64,000 nt of DNA. It comes from an uncultured delta proteobacterium (GTDB lineage Bacteria; Desulfobacterota; Desulfobacteria; Desulfobacterales; QNYZ01). Below, piece after piece: positions 40,299 to 50,758 of the stretch. The stretch lies in contig CAWJQU010000005.1 of the NCBI GenBank assembly GCA_963845145.1, positions 288,001 to 352,000 on the forward strand, given 5' to 3'. The translations under genes and the position numbers were made by a program. The notes under the pieces are model-generated. The model did not search any database, had not been told where the DNA came from, and was given only the letters and a program-made list of their open reading frames with translations. Within the stretch, counting starts at the first letter, position 1. Every line of letters starts with the position of its first letter.

Positions 40299-41315
40299 TT
40301 ATTGATTCCGCACCAGGGCATAATCGGCGATATCCTTTAAAATATCCTTTGCCTGTGATGGCGGGAACAGGTCAAGGGCATTTTTTGCCTGATCGATGTA
40401 TTGTTCAGCCAGTCGATGCGTATACTCAAGACCCTTTAGGCGCTGCAATAAAGCGACTATTCGAACAAACGCCGTTTTTGAAACATCGAAATTCCCGATC
40501 ATGGCGGCTATTTTTTCTTTATCCGCGCCATCAGCGCGTTCAAGGGCTTTGATGACTGGAAGGGTTAACTTGCCCTCTTTTAAATCCGTGCCGATGCCCT
40601 TACCCCAATTATCGACATCCCCGGTATAGTCGAGCAGGTCATCGGTCATCTGAAAAGCCATGCCCAGATTCAGGCCGTAATCGGAAAGGGCTTTAACGTG
40701 TGAAACGGCCGCATCGGCGATCAATCCTCCCACCCGGCAAGCCCCCTGAAACAAGACAGCGGTTTTACAATGAATGATCTCAAGATACTCGGCTTCGGTC
40801 AAATCGACCCGCCCTTTTTTATCGAGCTGATCGATCTCGCCCTGGGACATCTGCTCAGTGATATCAACGATTGTGCGCACCACTTCCAGGTTTCCGGTCA
40901 GGGCTGAAACAGCCAGGGCCCGGGCTAGAAGGAAATCACCGGTGAGCACCGCCGTTTCATTGCCATAGGTCGTATATGCCGCTGGTTTTCCCCGGCGCAG
41001 CGTTCCCTGGTCAATCAAATCGTCATGTAAAAGGGTGGCGGCATGCAAGTATTCAAACGAAACCGCATATATGTTTTGGTTATTGCCGCTATAACCGCAG
41101 AGCCTGGCACAAATGATCATGAGCAACGGCCTCAGCCGCTTGCCACCGGCAAAGAGTATATGCCCAGCGACCTTATTCACCAGCTTGAATCGCGGGTGAA
41201 GGTTGTTGGCCAGTTCAACTTCAATGGCCCTCAAATCGTCTTTAACGCCGGTTAAAATCTGAGTTTTTAAAGACTCGGCCCGTTTTTTCACCGGTTGGAT
41301 TATTGGTTTATTCAT
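40299..41315 (-). CDS. ispB: Long-chain polyprenyl (octaprenyl) diphosphate synthase
   Basis: GGKRLRP, LLHDDLID..LRRG, KTAVLF and FQMTDDLLD motifs. Confidence 0.9.
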   Translation of the reverse strand: MNKPIIQPVKKRAESLKTQILTGVKDDLRAIEVELANNLHPRFKLVNKVAGHILFAGGKRLRPLLMIICARLCGYSGNNQNIYAVSFEYLHAATLLHDDLIDQGTLRRGKPAAYTTYGNETAVLTGDFLLARALAVSALTGNLEVVRTIVDITEQMSQGEIDQLDKKGRVDLTEAEYLEIIHCKTAVLFQGACRVGGLIADAAVSHVKALSDYGLNLGMAFQMTDDLLDYTGDVDNWGKGIGTDLKEGKLTLPVIKALERADGADKEKIAAMIGNFDVSKTAFVRIVALLQRLKGLEYTHRLAEQYIDQAKNALDLFPPSQAKDILKDIADYALVRNQ

Positions 41316-41336
41316 TATCTGTTCTCCGAAACGATA

Positions 41337-42690
41337 TTAACCACACACCTCACCAATAAGATCGTATTCCATGGCATCAATGATCTTTACAGATATAAAC
41401 TCGCCGATCACGGGGTGAATGCCGGTTTTCCCCCGGATATAAGTGACACCGTCAACTTCCGGAGCCTGAAATGCGGTTCGCCCCAGCCAGAGACCGTCTT
41501 CAGGCGCTTCTTCAACGAGGACATCCATCTTTTTTCCAAGATGACCACGATTTTTCTCGGTTGATATGACCATTTGAAGGGACATCAGCCGATCATACCG
41601 TTTTTGGGCGATTTCATGTGGAACCGGATTGGGAAGACGGTGGGATATCAGGTCTTCGGCGTCCGAATACATGAAAACGCCCAAGTGGTCAAAGCGTATC
41701 CGGGAAATAAAGTCCGCCAATTGATCAAAATCGTTTTCGGTTTCGCCGGGAAATCCGGTGAGTATTGTTGTGCGCAAGGCGGCTTCCGGAATGCGACGGC
41801 GAATCCGGGTAAAAAGATCGAAAAGAGCTGAACGATCATACCCCCTCCCCATTGTTTTCAGGATCGAATCACTGGCATGCTGAATGGGAAGGTCAAAATA
41901 GGGCACCAACCCGGGCGTTTCGGCAATTGTCTCAATAACATCCATGGACAAACTTTGGGGGTGACCGTAAAGAAAGCGAATCCACACCCGGCGGGACAAG
42001 CGGCTCAGGGCCTGCAGCAAGTCGGCCAGGCCGGCGCCTTGGGATTGGTCGTTTCCATAGTGCGTCGTTTCCTGGGCAACCAGGACCAGTTCTTTAACGC
42101 CCGCCGCTATCATGGCTTGGGCTTCTTTTACAATATCAGACTAGTTTCCGACTTTTTTGACGCCCCCTCAGCCTGGGGATCACACAATAGGTGCAATTGC
42201 GATTACACCCCTCGGCAATTTTGACATAACCCATGGGTTTGGGGTCTATCAGCCTGGCATTTTCATGACGTGAAACGTCAATCGTATCCGGGTCCGGTAA
42301 CAGGCATGACCTTTTCGCCGAAAAATCGTTAACAGCTTGAATAATCCGATCATAAGCGCCGGTACCCAAAAAAACATCCACCTCGGTTAAGGCGTCCCGG
42401 GTGGCTTCACGGTAGCGTTCAGGAAGACAGCCCGTCACGATCAATCGCCGGCAGACCCCCTTGTGCTTGAATTCAGCCAGCGCCAATATGGTATCGATCG
42501 ATTCATCAGCCGCCGATTCGATAAAACTGCAGGTATTGACCACAATGACATGGGCCTGGGCCGGCTCGTCCACCAGCGTCCATCCCGCGCGGGTCAATCT
42601 GCCTGCCATGTCCATGGTGTCCACCTGGTTGCGGGCACACCCCAGTGTGGCAAGATGGACCATATTTAAATTTTGGCACGGTAAATGCAT
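41337..42690 (-). CDS. rimO: Ribosomal protein S12 methylthiotransferase, split by an indel near 42135
   Basis: TLGCARNQVD, VNTCSFI, EGCNRNCTYC, DLPIQH and the TRAM motif QAPEVDG. Confidence 0.9.
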
Positions 42691-42875
42691 TTAGTTGAAC
42701 TATAATTTTGGCTAAAAAAGGCTATAAGTCGATTGTCTGGTTACACACCATCCATTTCCCGGCAACCAACACCTGCCGGGGAATAAAAAAATGTAACACA
42801 TACCGGGGCCAGATTAAACCTTAATTGAAGGATATATGGGCGGTTATGAACCCGTCTTAACTTACTTTTAATATA

Positions 42876-44267
42876 ATGAATCTTGTATATCTTGCCATAG
42901 ATCAGCAGGTTAGGGTTGCTTATGAGGGAACCGATATTCCCATTAAGCTATACTCCGACTTTCTCACTTATTCCCAAGAGCGTATTCCAGCCATTGGCTT
43001 CATCATTGATACGGAAAATGGGGAAAAAGGGTTAGCCGCATTAAGGGAACTGCGTAAGAATCCGGAAACGGCGGCAAAACCGATTTTTTTAACCCGCTCT
43101 TTGGGGATAATGGGGGATCATTTCAGTGATGGGGTGGTGACCACGGTCACTGATGCCTACGATCAGTCGAAAGCAATCCATCAAATGATTGAAGAGTTGG
43201 TTCCCGAAATCTTCAGTCCCACGGAAAGCGATGTGTATCGTCTGTTGGGCTTTCTCTATTCCAGACCCGAGATGAACCTCACCCCTGTGAAGCACTGGAC
43301 TTTTCAAAAACTGTACGCCTTTCCTCTGGTACAAACCATGCTCCTTCTTCCCGAAGATGGAACCGACCAATGGTTAAATAACCTGAAAAGCAGGCGGCTC
43401 CTGCGTGAATCGACGCTGATTGACCGGCTGCGGCATTGCGCCAAATGTGATGGTGTTCATCTGAATTTCATTGATGTGTGCCCCAGCTGCACGGATCTTG
43501 ATATTAACCAGAAACCGTTTTTGCATTGCTTTACCTGCGGTCATGTGGCGCCCGAGGATAAATTTATGATCCACGGTGGCCTCAATTGCCCCGGCTGCGC
43601 CGCCCGCCTTCGGCATATCGGAACTGATTACGACCGTCCCCTGGAAAACCATTATTGCAACGCCTGTGGCCACAATTTTATTGAGCCCCAGGTGCTTGCC
43701 CACTGTCAGCATTGCGATGTTAAAAATACACCGGAAGACCTGGTGCCTATCCAGGTATTTTCACTGGAGATTACCGAAAGGGGCCGTATGGCCGTGCGAA
43801 GCGGTAGCCTTATGGATGTCGTGGAACTGCCCGATTTGCAAAACGCCCTTGAAACCACCCATTTCGAATTTATCGTCGACTGGTCTTTAGCCTTGTGTCA
43901 ACGATATGAGGATGAACGGTTCGGCATGATCGGCATCCGTCTGAGGAACATTATCGAATTGACCGACAAAATCGGGCAATACCGGGTTACGGAGTTGATC
44001 GACGGATTTATCAGCCGTATTCGAATCGATTCCACCGATTTAATTACGCGCACGGGTCAATACAATTTTTGGATCATGCTACCCAAAGCCAACGCCGATG
44101 GCTGCGAAATCGTCCTTAACCGGTTAACCGAAGTGAAGGTACAGACGAGACAAGAGGAAGATGTCACCCTGGAATTTGATGCGGTCACTTTCAATGCACC
44201 GGCTGATATCCAAGCCGATGAATCCGCCAATCAACTGATGGCCCGTCTTGAAAGGGAGATGGAATAA
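42876..44267 (+). CDS. MxdA-like protein: degenerate receiver, six CxxC motifs (TackOD1-like), degenerate GGDEF domain
   Basis: CAKC, CPSC, CFTC, CPGC, CNAC and CQHC motifs plus LRHIGTDYDRP; the C-terminal TDLITRTGQYNF replaces the GGDEF segment. Confidence 0.7.
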   Translation: MNLVYLAIDQQVRVAYEGTDIPIKLYSDFLTYSQERIPAIGFIIDTENGEKGLAALRELRKNPETAAKPIFLTRSLGIMGDHFSDGVVTTVTDAYDQSKAIHQMIEELVPEIFSPTESDVYRLLGFLYSRPEMNLTPVKHWTFQKLYAFPLVQTMLLLPEDGTDQWLNNLKSRRLLRESTLIDRLRHCAKCDGVHLNFIDVCPSCTDLDINQKPFLHCFTCGHVAPEDKFMIHGGLNCPGCAARLRHIGTDYDRPLENHYCNACGHNFIEPQVLAHCQHCDVKNTPEDLVPIQVFSLEITERGRMAVRSGSLMDVVELPDLQNALETTHFEFIVDWSLALCQRYEDERFGMIGIRLRNIIELTDKIGQYRVTELIDGFISRIRIDSTDLITRTGQYNFWIMLPKANADGCEIVLNRLTEVKVQTRQEEDVTLEFDAVTFNAPADIQADESANQLMARLEREME

Positions 44268-44270
44268 GCC

Positions 44271-45605
44271 ATGGATGTCATCTATCAAGCTTGGCATACC
44301 TTGATGCTTTTGCTGGCCAGTCCCTTTAACCAGGGTTCGGGGCAGTTTTTTATGAAATTCTTCCCCTTTGTCTTTATTTTCGAACTGCCCCTTTACGTTT
44401 TTATCCTACTCGGAATCTTCCGCTATTATTTGAGAAAGGATCAACGCATCCCTGAAAACCGCCTGTACTATCCCAAGGTTTCCTGTATCGTGACATGTTA
44501 CTCCGAAGGCGAAGATGTCAAACAAACCATTATCTCGCTTACCGAACAGCTTTATCCCGGACATATCGAAATTTTACCCATTATTGATGGCGCCAACCAG
44601 AACAAGGACACTTATCGGGCAGCGAAAGCAATGGAGGCATATGTTCGAAAAAAACATAACCGAAGCCTGAGGGTTATCCCCAAATGGCAACGCGGTGGGC
44701 GCGTGTCGTCTTTGAACTCCGGGCTCCAGTTTTCTTCCGGTGTCATTGTGATGGCTCTGGATGGGGACACCTCGTTTGACAATACCATGGTGACCCATGC
44801 CACCCATCATTTCGAAGACACCAACGTTGTCGGTGTTGCCGGCAGTCTTCGGGTTCGAAACGCGTTCAAGAACCTGGTTACCCGGCTCCAGGCCATCGAA
44901 TACCTGTTATCCATTCACGCCAGCAAGGTGGGGTTAAGCGAATTTAATGTGGTCAACAACATCTCCGGCGCCTTTGGTATCTTTAGAAAAAGTTTCCTCT
45001 TAAAAATTGGTGGTTGGGATAGCGGTACCGCGGAAGATCTTGACATTACGCTACGGATTAAAAACTATTTTGGTCGGTATCCCAACCTAAAGATTCTTTT
45101 CGAACCCAAGGCCATGGGGCACACCGATGCGCCGGACACCTTTCGCGGTTTTTATGATCAACGACTTCGATGGGATGGTGACCTGTTCTACCTTTATATT
45201 CGGAAACACCGTTTAAGCTTTAACCCACGCATTTTGGGTTGGAGAAACCTGATCATGCAGATATGGACCGGTCTCTTTTTTCAACTGGTTATGCCGTTTA
45301 TCATTATGATCTATACGACTTATGTTTTTATTATATATCCGGCGGGATTTGTTCTGGCCGTTTTCGTTTTGATTTATCTATTTTATGCATTTATCACCAT
45401 TTCATTTTACATCGCTTTTCTCACCATGATCTCTGAAAGAAAAAAAGAAGATCTTCGACTGGCCGTCTACCTCCCGCTCATCCCAATTTTCACTTTTACG
45501 TTACGAATCTGGAATGGTGTTTCCACTTTAAAAGAGATATTTGCAAAACAACATCTGGATTCATCCATGGCACCCTGGTGGATCTTACGAAAAACCAAAT
45601 TTTAA
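44271..45605 (+). CDS. Processive GT2 polysaccharide synthase (MxdB/PgaC/IcaA-like)
   Basis: DGD, SGAFG, TAED and QRLRW (D,D,D,QxxRW) motifs, with N- and C-terminal TM helices. Confidence 0.88.
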   Translation: MDVIYQAWHTLMLLLASPFNQGSGQFFMKFFPFVFIFELPLYVFILLGIFRYYLRKDQRIPENRLYYPKVSCIVTCYSEGEDVKQTIISLTEQLYPGHIEILPIIDGANQNKDTYRAAKAMEAYVRKKHNRSLRVIPKWQRGGRVSSLNSGLQFSSGVIVMALDGDTSFDNTMVTHATHHFEDTNVVGVAGSLRVRNAFKNLVTRLQAIEYLLSIHASKVGLSEFNVVNNISGAFGIFRKSFLLKIGGWDSGTAEDLDITLRIKNYFGRYPNLKILFEPKAMGHTDAPDTFRGFYDQRLRWDGDLFYLYIRKHRLSFNPRILGWRNLIMQIWTGLFFQLVMPFIIMIYTTYVFIIYPAGFVLAVFVLIYLFYAFITISFYIAFLTMISERKKEDLRLAVYLPLIPIFTFTLRIWNGVSTLKEIFAKQHLDSSMAPWWILRKTKF

Positions 45606-45699
45606 TTCGGCCTGGAGACGGGTACGGCTGAATTCGTTCACCGCACAAATCAAGTTATTTTAGTTATATTAAAGTTCCCCGATTTATGAGGTATCTCGA

Positions 45700-47184
45700 T
45701 TGAATCGAAGAATCGCCATTATCTTTGCGATGATCGTCACCTTTTTGACTCTTTTGACGGCTATCGCAACAACCGCCGAGTCCGAAAGCGACCTGCTGAA
45801 GGATTTTATAGAGGTTGGCGACAATAGCCATCGTTTTTCATTACAGGCTCCCAGGCTTGAGGAGAAATTAACAGATAATGAGCGCATATTAAAACCATCC
45901 GCGTTTAAACACTCAAAGGGTAAAGATAAACGTCCGACCGATCAAAAAAAACCTTTGCCAATCGTGCCCCTTGAAAAACTCGAAAAAGACTTTCGGGCGG
46001 CTCCCGGCATGAGCGTTGCCATTGCCGAACTGGAGGAAAGCCTGGGTATGGCAGAGCAAAAAAAGGCACGAAACGGGTTAAAAGTTTTTGGCGGGGCAGG
46101 TCTCGGCGCATATCGCGAGCCAGTGACAGATACAGTCGTTCGAGACTTCCAGCGTGCCAATGTCAAGTTGGGTGTTCGCTATCCCCTTCTAGGTAGTCTC
46201 AAGCAAGAACGCCTCGATATTTTTAAAGCTGAGACCGAAATATGGGAAAAAGAGCACGAAATCCAACTGATTCTACAAAACGGCCTGGGCGCGCTGCGCA
46301 CTTTTTATATCAATTATTGGGGTAACCGGAAAAAAATTGATATTAGCCGGGTGTTTTTAGAGAATGAGCAGGAAGTTGAAAAAATACTCCAGCATCGCAC
46401 CAACGCCGGCTATTTGCTGGATTCGGATCGCCAAGAATTTATGAGTGCATTTGCGCTTGTACGTCGAAATATTGCCGATTTCAAATCCAGCCGGAACCGC
46501 GCGCTTAATGTTTTACGCGTTCTAACGGATGCCGGGCTTAAAGACTTTTCCCCAGTTGCGCCCGAGTTGCCGATGCCATGCCTGGATGTAGAAAAAATAA
46601 CGGCCGCTGTTATAGATACCAGCCTCGAATTAACATTTCTTAGAGAACAGCTTAAAAAACAGCAAATCCTGGAAAGTACCCTACGGCATACGGATGTGAA
46701 AGGGGCTGTGTCTCTGGCTGGAACCACATCGACCGATTTTCCAGAGAACCAACCGGGATATGGTGTGACATTTAACGTTAATATTGAGTTCCCGGTCCAT
46801 ATTAATAAAGCGGAAGCCGCGCGAAAGAAAGTTTACCGTGCAACGCTGAAAAAAATTAAGCACCAGCTGGTTCAAAAAAAAAACACGCTCATGCATGCAG
46901 CTGAGGAATCTTTGGAGCGGTATTTGGCTGCTTTGGAAAATGTGCGATTCGCAACCCGGCGTCTTAACGCGGGAAGGGAAAGTGTTAGGGAGAGCCTGCT
47001 GCGATCTGCTTTTCTGGAAGGAGACACAATCGAAAAGCTGCAACAGAGCCGCTATCGGTATTATCAATCTGCCATTGCTTACATCGATGCCGAAACCAAT
47101 AAAATGTTAACCCAGGTAAAAGTCCTAGAATTTTCATCAGGTGATTGCCTGCCGAACGAGACAGATCCTGGGAACCATAATTAA
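45700..47184 (+). CDS. TolC-like outer-membrane factor
   Basis: Signal peptide, alternating long helices and beta strands (KLGVRYPLLG, GVTFNVNIEFP), and location next to a HlyD gene. Confidence 0.7.
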   Translation: MNRRIAIIFAMIVTFLTLLTAIATTAESESDLLKDFIEVGDNSHRFSLQAPRLEEKLTDNERILKPSAFKHSKGKDKRPTDQKKPLPIVPLEKLEKDFRAAPGMSVAIAELEESLGMAEQKKARNGLKVFGGAGLGAYREPVTDTVVRDFQRANVKLGVRYPLLGSLKQERLDIFKAETEIWEKEHEIQLILQNGLGALRTFYINYWGNRKKIDISRVFLENEQEVEKILQHRTNAGYLLDSDRQEFMSAFALVRRNIADFKSSRNRALNVLRVLTDAGLKDFSPVAPELPMPCLDVEKITAAVIDTSLELTFLREQLKKQQILESTLRHTDVKGAVSLAGTTSTDFPENQPGYGVTFNVNIEFPVHINKAEAARKKVYRATLKKIKHQLVQKKNTLMHAAEESLERYLAALENVRFATRRLNAGRESVRESLLRSAFLEGDTIEKLQQSRYRYYQSAIAYIDAETNKMLTQVKVLEFSSGDCLPNETDPGNHN

Positions 47185-47455
47185 ACCTCTATTCAATGGT
47201 TATGGGCAACGCATCTAAGTCATCTACATAGCCCTACCCGTGTGCTTTTCACAGGAATATCATTCAGTGGCAGATTCCAATTTTCCCTCCACCTAATTTT
47301 CCGGCCAAAAGTAAAAAAAACCAATTCCCTAAAGTAAATGATGGTTAATGCCGATAGAGAAATAAAGGCCACCGTCTATGCGTGGAACAACCAATCACTT
47401 TTAGAGCCGTTGGAAACCGACGTTGCGTTCTGGAAGTATTTTATGAGGTAAGGCC

Positions 47456-48520
47456 ATGAGAGTCAGTTTCAACACAAAACGACAAAAAGACCCCACGCGC
47501 GAAAAGGGTGTGAAGGTCAATTACGCGCCGTCCAAACGACAAGCGCCCAAATGGCGCTGGTACTTGATCCTTCTCATTGTCTCCAGCCCCTTGCTCGTTT
47601 TTTTGTTCAAACTGGTATTTTCCCAGGTAATCGTTACCGCTCAGGGAATGATCACCTTGGAAAAAATAGCGGTCAATAGTTCAAGCACGGGCTATGTCGA
47701 TCAGATAAATGTCGAAGTAGGCGATACCGTCGATTCGGGGCGTATGATGGTTCGGCTGGGAAGCCCGACCCTCGACGAGAGGGAACGCGTGCTTCAGGCT
47801 GAATTGAACCAGATGGGGTCATCTTTACCCTACACCAGATTGCAATCGGAAAGTTTGCTGCGTAACCGGATAGAGTTGGCCAAAAGAAATGTTAACTACC
47901 ATAAAGAGAAACTGGAAAACGTCCGTTTCCTGTTCGACCAGGGTGCCGCCACGATCGCGGAATTAAATCAGGCTGAATCCGTTTATGACCGGGCCCAGTT
48001 TACCCTGAATCAAGTCCAGGGGGAACTCACGGCGCATTTGGAAAGAACGCTCAAAGAGCAGCGGCAGCCGGAACTGCTATTCTCTAATCGTCGCCAGTTA
48101 ATTCAGGCCGAACTGGAAGCGATTGCAGCAAACCGCAAGCGGCTTGAACAGCGGGCACCCTTTTATGGACGAATACTGGAGATGCATATTGACAACAGTC
48201 AAACGGTCTCGCCGGGTTCTCCCCTTCTGGTGATGGGCAAGTTGAATAAGCCCTATGTAATCGCCTATCTTGACCCTAAATATGCCAAATATGCCCTGAC
48301 CGGCCACAACGCAACCGTCAAACTCCCGGACGGAAAAACCCTGCGTGCCCGGGTTAGAGAAAATGCCTCTTTAACCCAGCAGTTGCCCTCAAATTTGAGC
48401 TCTCCCATCGCCAGCCGGGAATTGATGATTCTTGTTAAGCTGGATTTTCAGTTGTCGATGACAGAGGCCGATACGATTGATGGCCTGCCCATAACAGTGC
48501 GGTTCGATTTTGCCACATAA
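47456..48520 (+). CDS. HlyD/membrane-fusion adaptor protein (MxdC-like)
   Basis: N-terminal TM helix, lipoyl half-motifs (GYVDQINVEVGDTV; RAPFYGRI...VSPGSPL) and a coiled-coil hairpin. Confidence 0.85.
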   Translation: MRVSFNTKRQKDPTREKGVKVNYAPSKRQAPKWRWYLILLIVSSPLLVFLFKLVFSQVIVTAQGMITLEKIAVNSSSTGYVDQINVEVGDTVDSGRMMVRLGSPTLDERERVLQAELNQMGSSLPYTRLQSESLLRNRIELAKRNVNYHKEKLENVRFLFDQGAATIAELNQAESVYDRAQFTLNQVQGELTAHLERTLKEQRQPELLFSNRRQLIQAELEAIAANRKRLEQRAPFYGRILEMHIDNSQTVSPGSPLLVMGKLNKPYVIAYLDPKYAKYALTGHNATVKLPDGKTLRARVRENASLTQQLPSNLSSPIASRELMILVKLDFQLSMTEADTIDGLPITVRFDFAT

Positions 48521-48589
48521 AAGTGACCATGGCGAAAAATGACAATCGATGTGCCGATGCCAACCCCTGACAGGGTTTTGAACGGTGGC

Positions 48590-49669
48590 CTAATAATCTT
48601 CGGCCGGAAAGGCTTGGGAGAGGTGATCCTGTAGCTTTCCGCTTGATGCTCGTGTAACAATCAGGCATTCTACCGGGTCAAGGCGATTGACCAGGGCCAA
48701 ACCTTTTTCAACCCCCATGACCATAATCCCCGTGGCCAGGCCGTCGGCCAGTGTACAATTGTCGGCCAGAACCGATACGGCAACGACCCTATTTGCGACA
48801 GGATAGCCGGTGCGGGGATCCAGCACATGGCTATAAAAAGATCCGTTGGCTTTAAAATAGTTTCGATAATCCCCACTGGTGGCCAAGGCCTTCCCGGACA
48901 GTGGCACCACCTTGTAAACGGCATCAAAGGGGGCGTTTCGTTCAGGACGGTTGATCCCCACGCGCCAAAATTGACCGTCCAGGCGACGGCCGGAACCATA
49001 GGTTTCGCCGCCGATCTCCACCAGATAACGATGAAAACCGGATGTTTGGAGAAGGTCAGCCACCGCATCCACCCCATATCCCTTGGCAATGGAGGCCAAA
49101 TCAAGTGTCACGGCTGCGGTCTTTTTCAGTAATTGCCGATCGTCACCCAGATCGATCAGATTAAAACCGATGACGGGCATCAGCGCCTTGATCGCAGCTT
49201 CGGTCGGGACACGATCCAATGATTTTTTATACCCAAATCCCCATAGGTTGATCAGGGGCGCAAGCGTACCGTCCCATGCGCCTTCGGTCAGGGTGTAGAT
49301 CCGTTTGGCAACCCCCATGACGGCCCAGAAATCAGATGACACTTCAAATCCCTTATCAATCCGGGCATGGGCGTTAAAGCGGCTGATTTCGCTATCGGCG
49401 ATATACGTTGACATGCTTTGGTTGATGGTTTTCAACCGCACATCAATCTTTGTTTTTAGTCGGACAACATCAACCTGGGTTTCGGTAATTACCTTGACCT
49501 GGTACACAGTGCCCATGGTTTGGCCGGTAATGGTAATCTCCTGCGGCGCCTCTCCGGCGGCAATCGATTGAAAACTTCCCGGAACGAAAAAAATCAGAAA
49601 GATATGGGCAATCAAAACCCATGTTGAACGGATCGAAAAAAGTTTGTATATGAAATGAATGGGTGCCAT
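48590..49669 (-). CDS. apbE: FAD:protein FMN transferase
   Basis: GQTMGT, SEISRFN, DLASIAKGYGVD, ATSGDYRNY, HVLDPRTG and ADGLATG motifs. Confidence 0.93.
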   Translation of the reverse strand: MAPIHFIYKLFSIRSTWVLIAHIFLIFFVPGSFQSIAAGEAPQEITITGQTMGTVYQVKVITETQVDVVRLKTKIDVRLKTINQSMSTYIADSEISRFNAHARIDKGFEVSSDFWAVMGVAKRIYTLTEGAWDGTLAPLINLWGFGYKKSLDRVPTEAAIKALMPVIGFNLIDLGDDRQLLKKTAAVTLDLASIAKGYGVDAVADLLQTSGFHRYLVEIGGETYGSGRRLDGQFWRVGINRPERNAPFDAVYKVVPLSGKALATSGDYRNYFKANGSFYSHVLDPRTGYPVANRVVAVSVLADNCTLADGLATGIMVMGVEKGLALVNRLDPVECLIVTRASSGKLQDHLSQAFPAEDY

Positions 49670-49690
49670 TGGGTAGATTTTAATGTCGGT

Positions 49691-50701
49691 CTAACAAATT
49701 CGCGGTAACTGCTCTCCAGAAAGCATATCCACAAACCGGGTGCCTCCCACGCGGGTTTTCATCACTACTTTTCCAGGCGACTTGGATGTCACCTCGCCGA
49801 TAACGCAAGCCCTTTGGCCGAGCGGATGGTCGCGCATGCTTTTCAATACGGATTCCACATCTTCGGCACTGACGATGGCCAGCAGTTTTCCCTCGTTGGC
49901 CAGGTAGAGGGGATCAAACCCGAGCAATTCACAAATGCCATTAACAGCCCGCCTGAGGGGAATCCGGTCTTCTTTAATACGGATTCCCACGTTGGATGCC
50001 AGGGCGATTTCATTAAGAGCCGTTCCAACCCCCCCGCGAGTGGGATCGCGCATAACGTGAATATCCGCCCCTGTGGCGAGCATTGCCTGTACCAGGTGGT
50101 TTAGCGCGGCCGTATCGCTTTTAACATCTGAATCAAATGAAAACTGTTCGCGTTGGGTCATCACGGTGATCCCATGGTCAGCAATGGTGCCACTAAGAAT
50201 CACGGCGTCCCCCGGCCGGGCTCGTTGAGGTCCAATATCTACCGGATCGGAAATGATGCCGATTCCGGATGTATTGATAAAAATTCGATCGACAGCCCCC
50301 TTGGGTACGACTTTGGTGTCCCCTGTAATGATCTGAACCTCGGCCCGGCGCACGGCACGGGCGATACTCTTCAAAATTCTTTTCAACGCGTCAAATGAAA
50401 ACCCTTCCTCAATAATCAGGGCCAGGCTCAGATAGACCGGTTTGGCACCGCACATGGCCACATCATTCACCGTGCCGTTAACGGCCAGATCACCGATATC
50501 ACCACCCGGAAAAAAAATGGGGTCCACTGTAAAGGTATCCGTTGAAAAAGCCATTCGGCCACTGTCCGTTTCAAAAATGGCGCCGTCGTGAAGCGGGGCT
50601 AACAACGGATTACCAAACAGCGGCAGCAGAAGCTCTTGGGTCAGCTGATGCGCCATTTTACCACCGCTGCCGTGATCGAGCAGAATTTTATCGGTTGCCA
50701 T
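49691..50701 (-). CDS. hypE: Hydrogenase maturation carbamoyl dehydratase
   Basis: HGSGG, GTVNDVAM, GDTKVV, RDPTRGG and the C-terminal PRIC. Confidence 0.96.
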   Translation of the reverse strand: MATDKILLDHGSGGKMAHQLTQELLLPLFGNPLLAPLHDGAIFETDSGRMAFSTDTFTVDPIFFPGGDIGDLAVNGTVNDVAMCGAKPVYLSLALIIEEGFSFDALKRILKSIARAVRRAEVQIITGDTKVVPKGAVDRIFINTSGIGIISDPVDIGPQRARPGDAVILSGTIADHGITVMTQREQFSFDSDVKSDTAALNHLVQAMLATGADIHVMRDPTRGGVGTALNEIALASNVGIRIKEDRIPLRRAVNGICELLGFDPLYLANEGKLLAIVSAEDVESVLKSMRDHPLGQRACVIGEVTSKSPGKVVMKTRVGGTRFVDMLSGEQLPRIC

Positions 50702-50758
50702 AGAAAACCCTATTCCACTGATAAATAAGTGACAAAAAAATGAATCTTTCCAAATCCG

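Noticed and set aside
47185..47455. mxdD-like gene or c-di-GMP riboswitch between the TolC-like and HlyD genes
   Set aside because: No ORF of 60 aa or more and no recognisable GEMM motif; it may be a plain spacer or a degraded tail.
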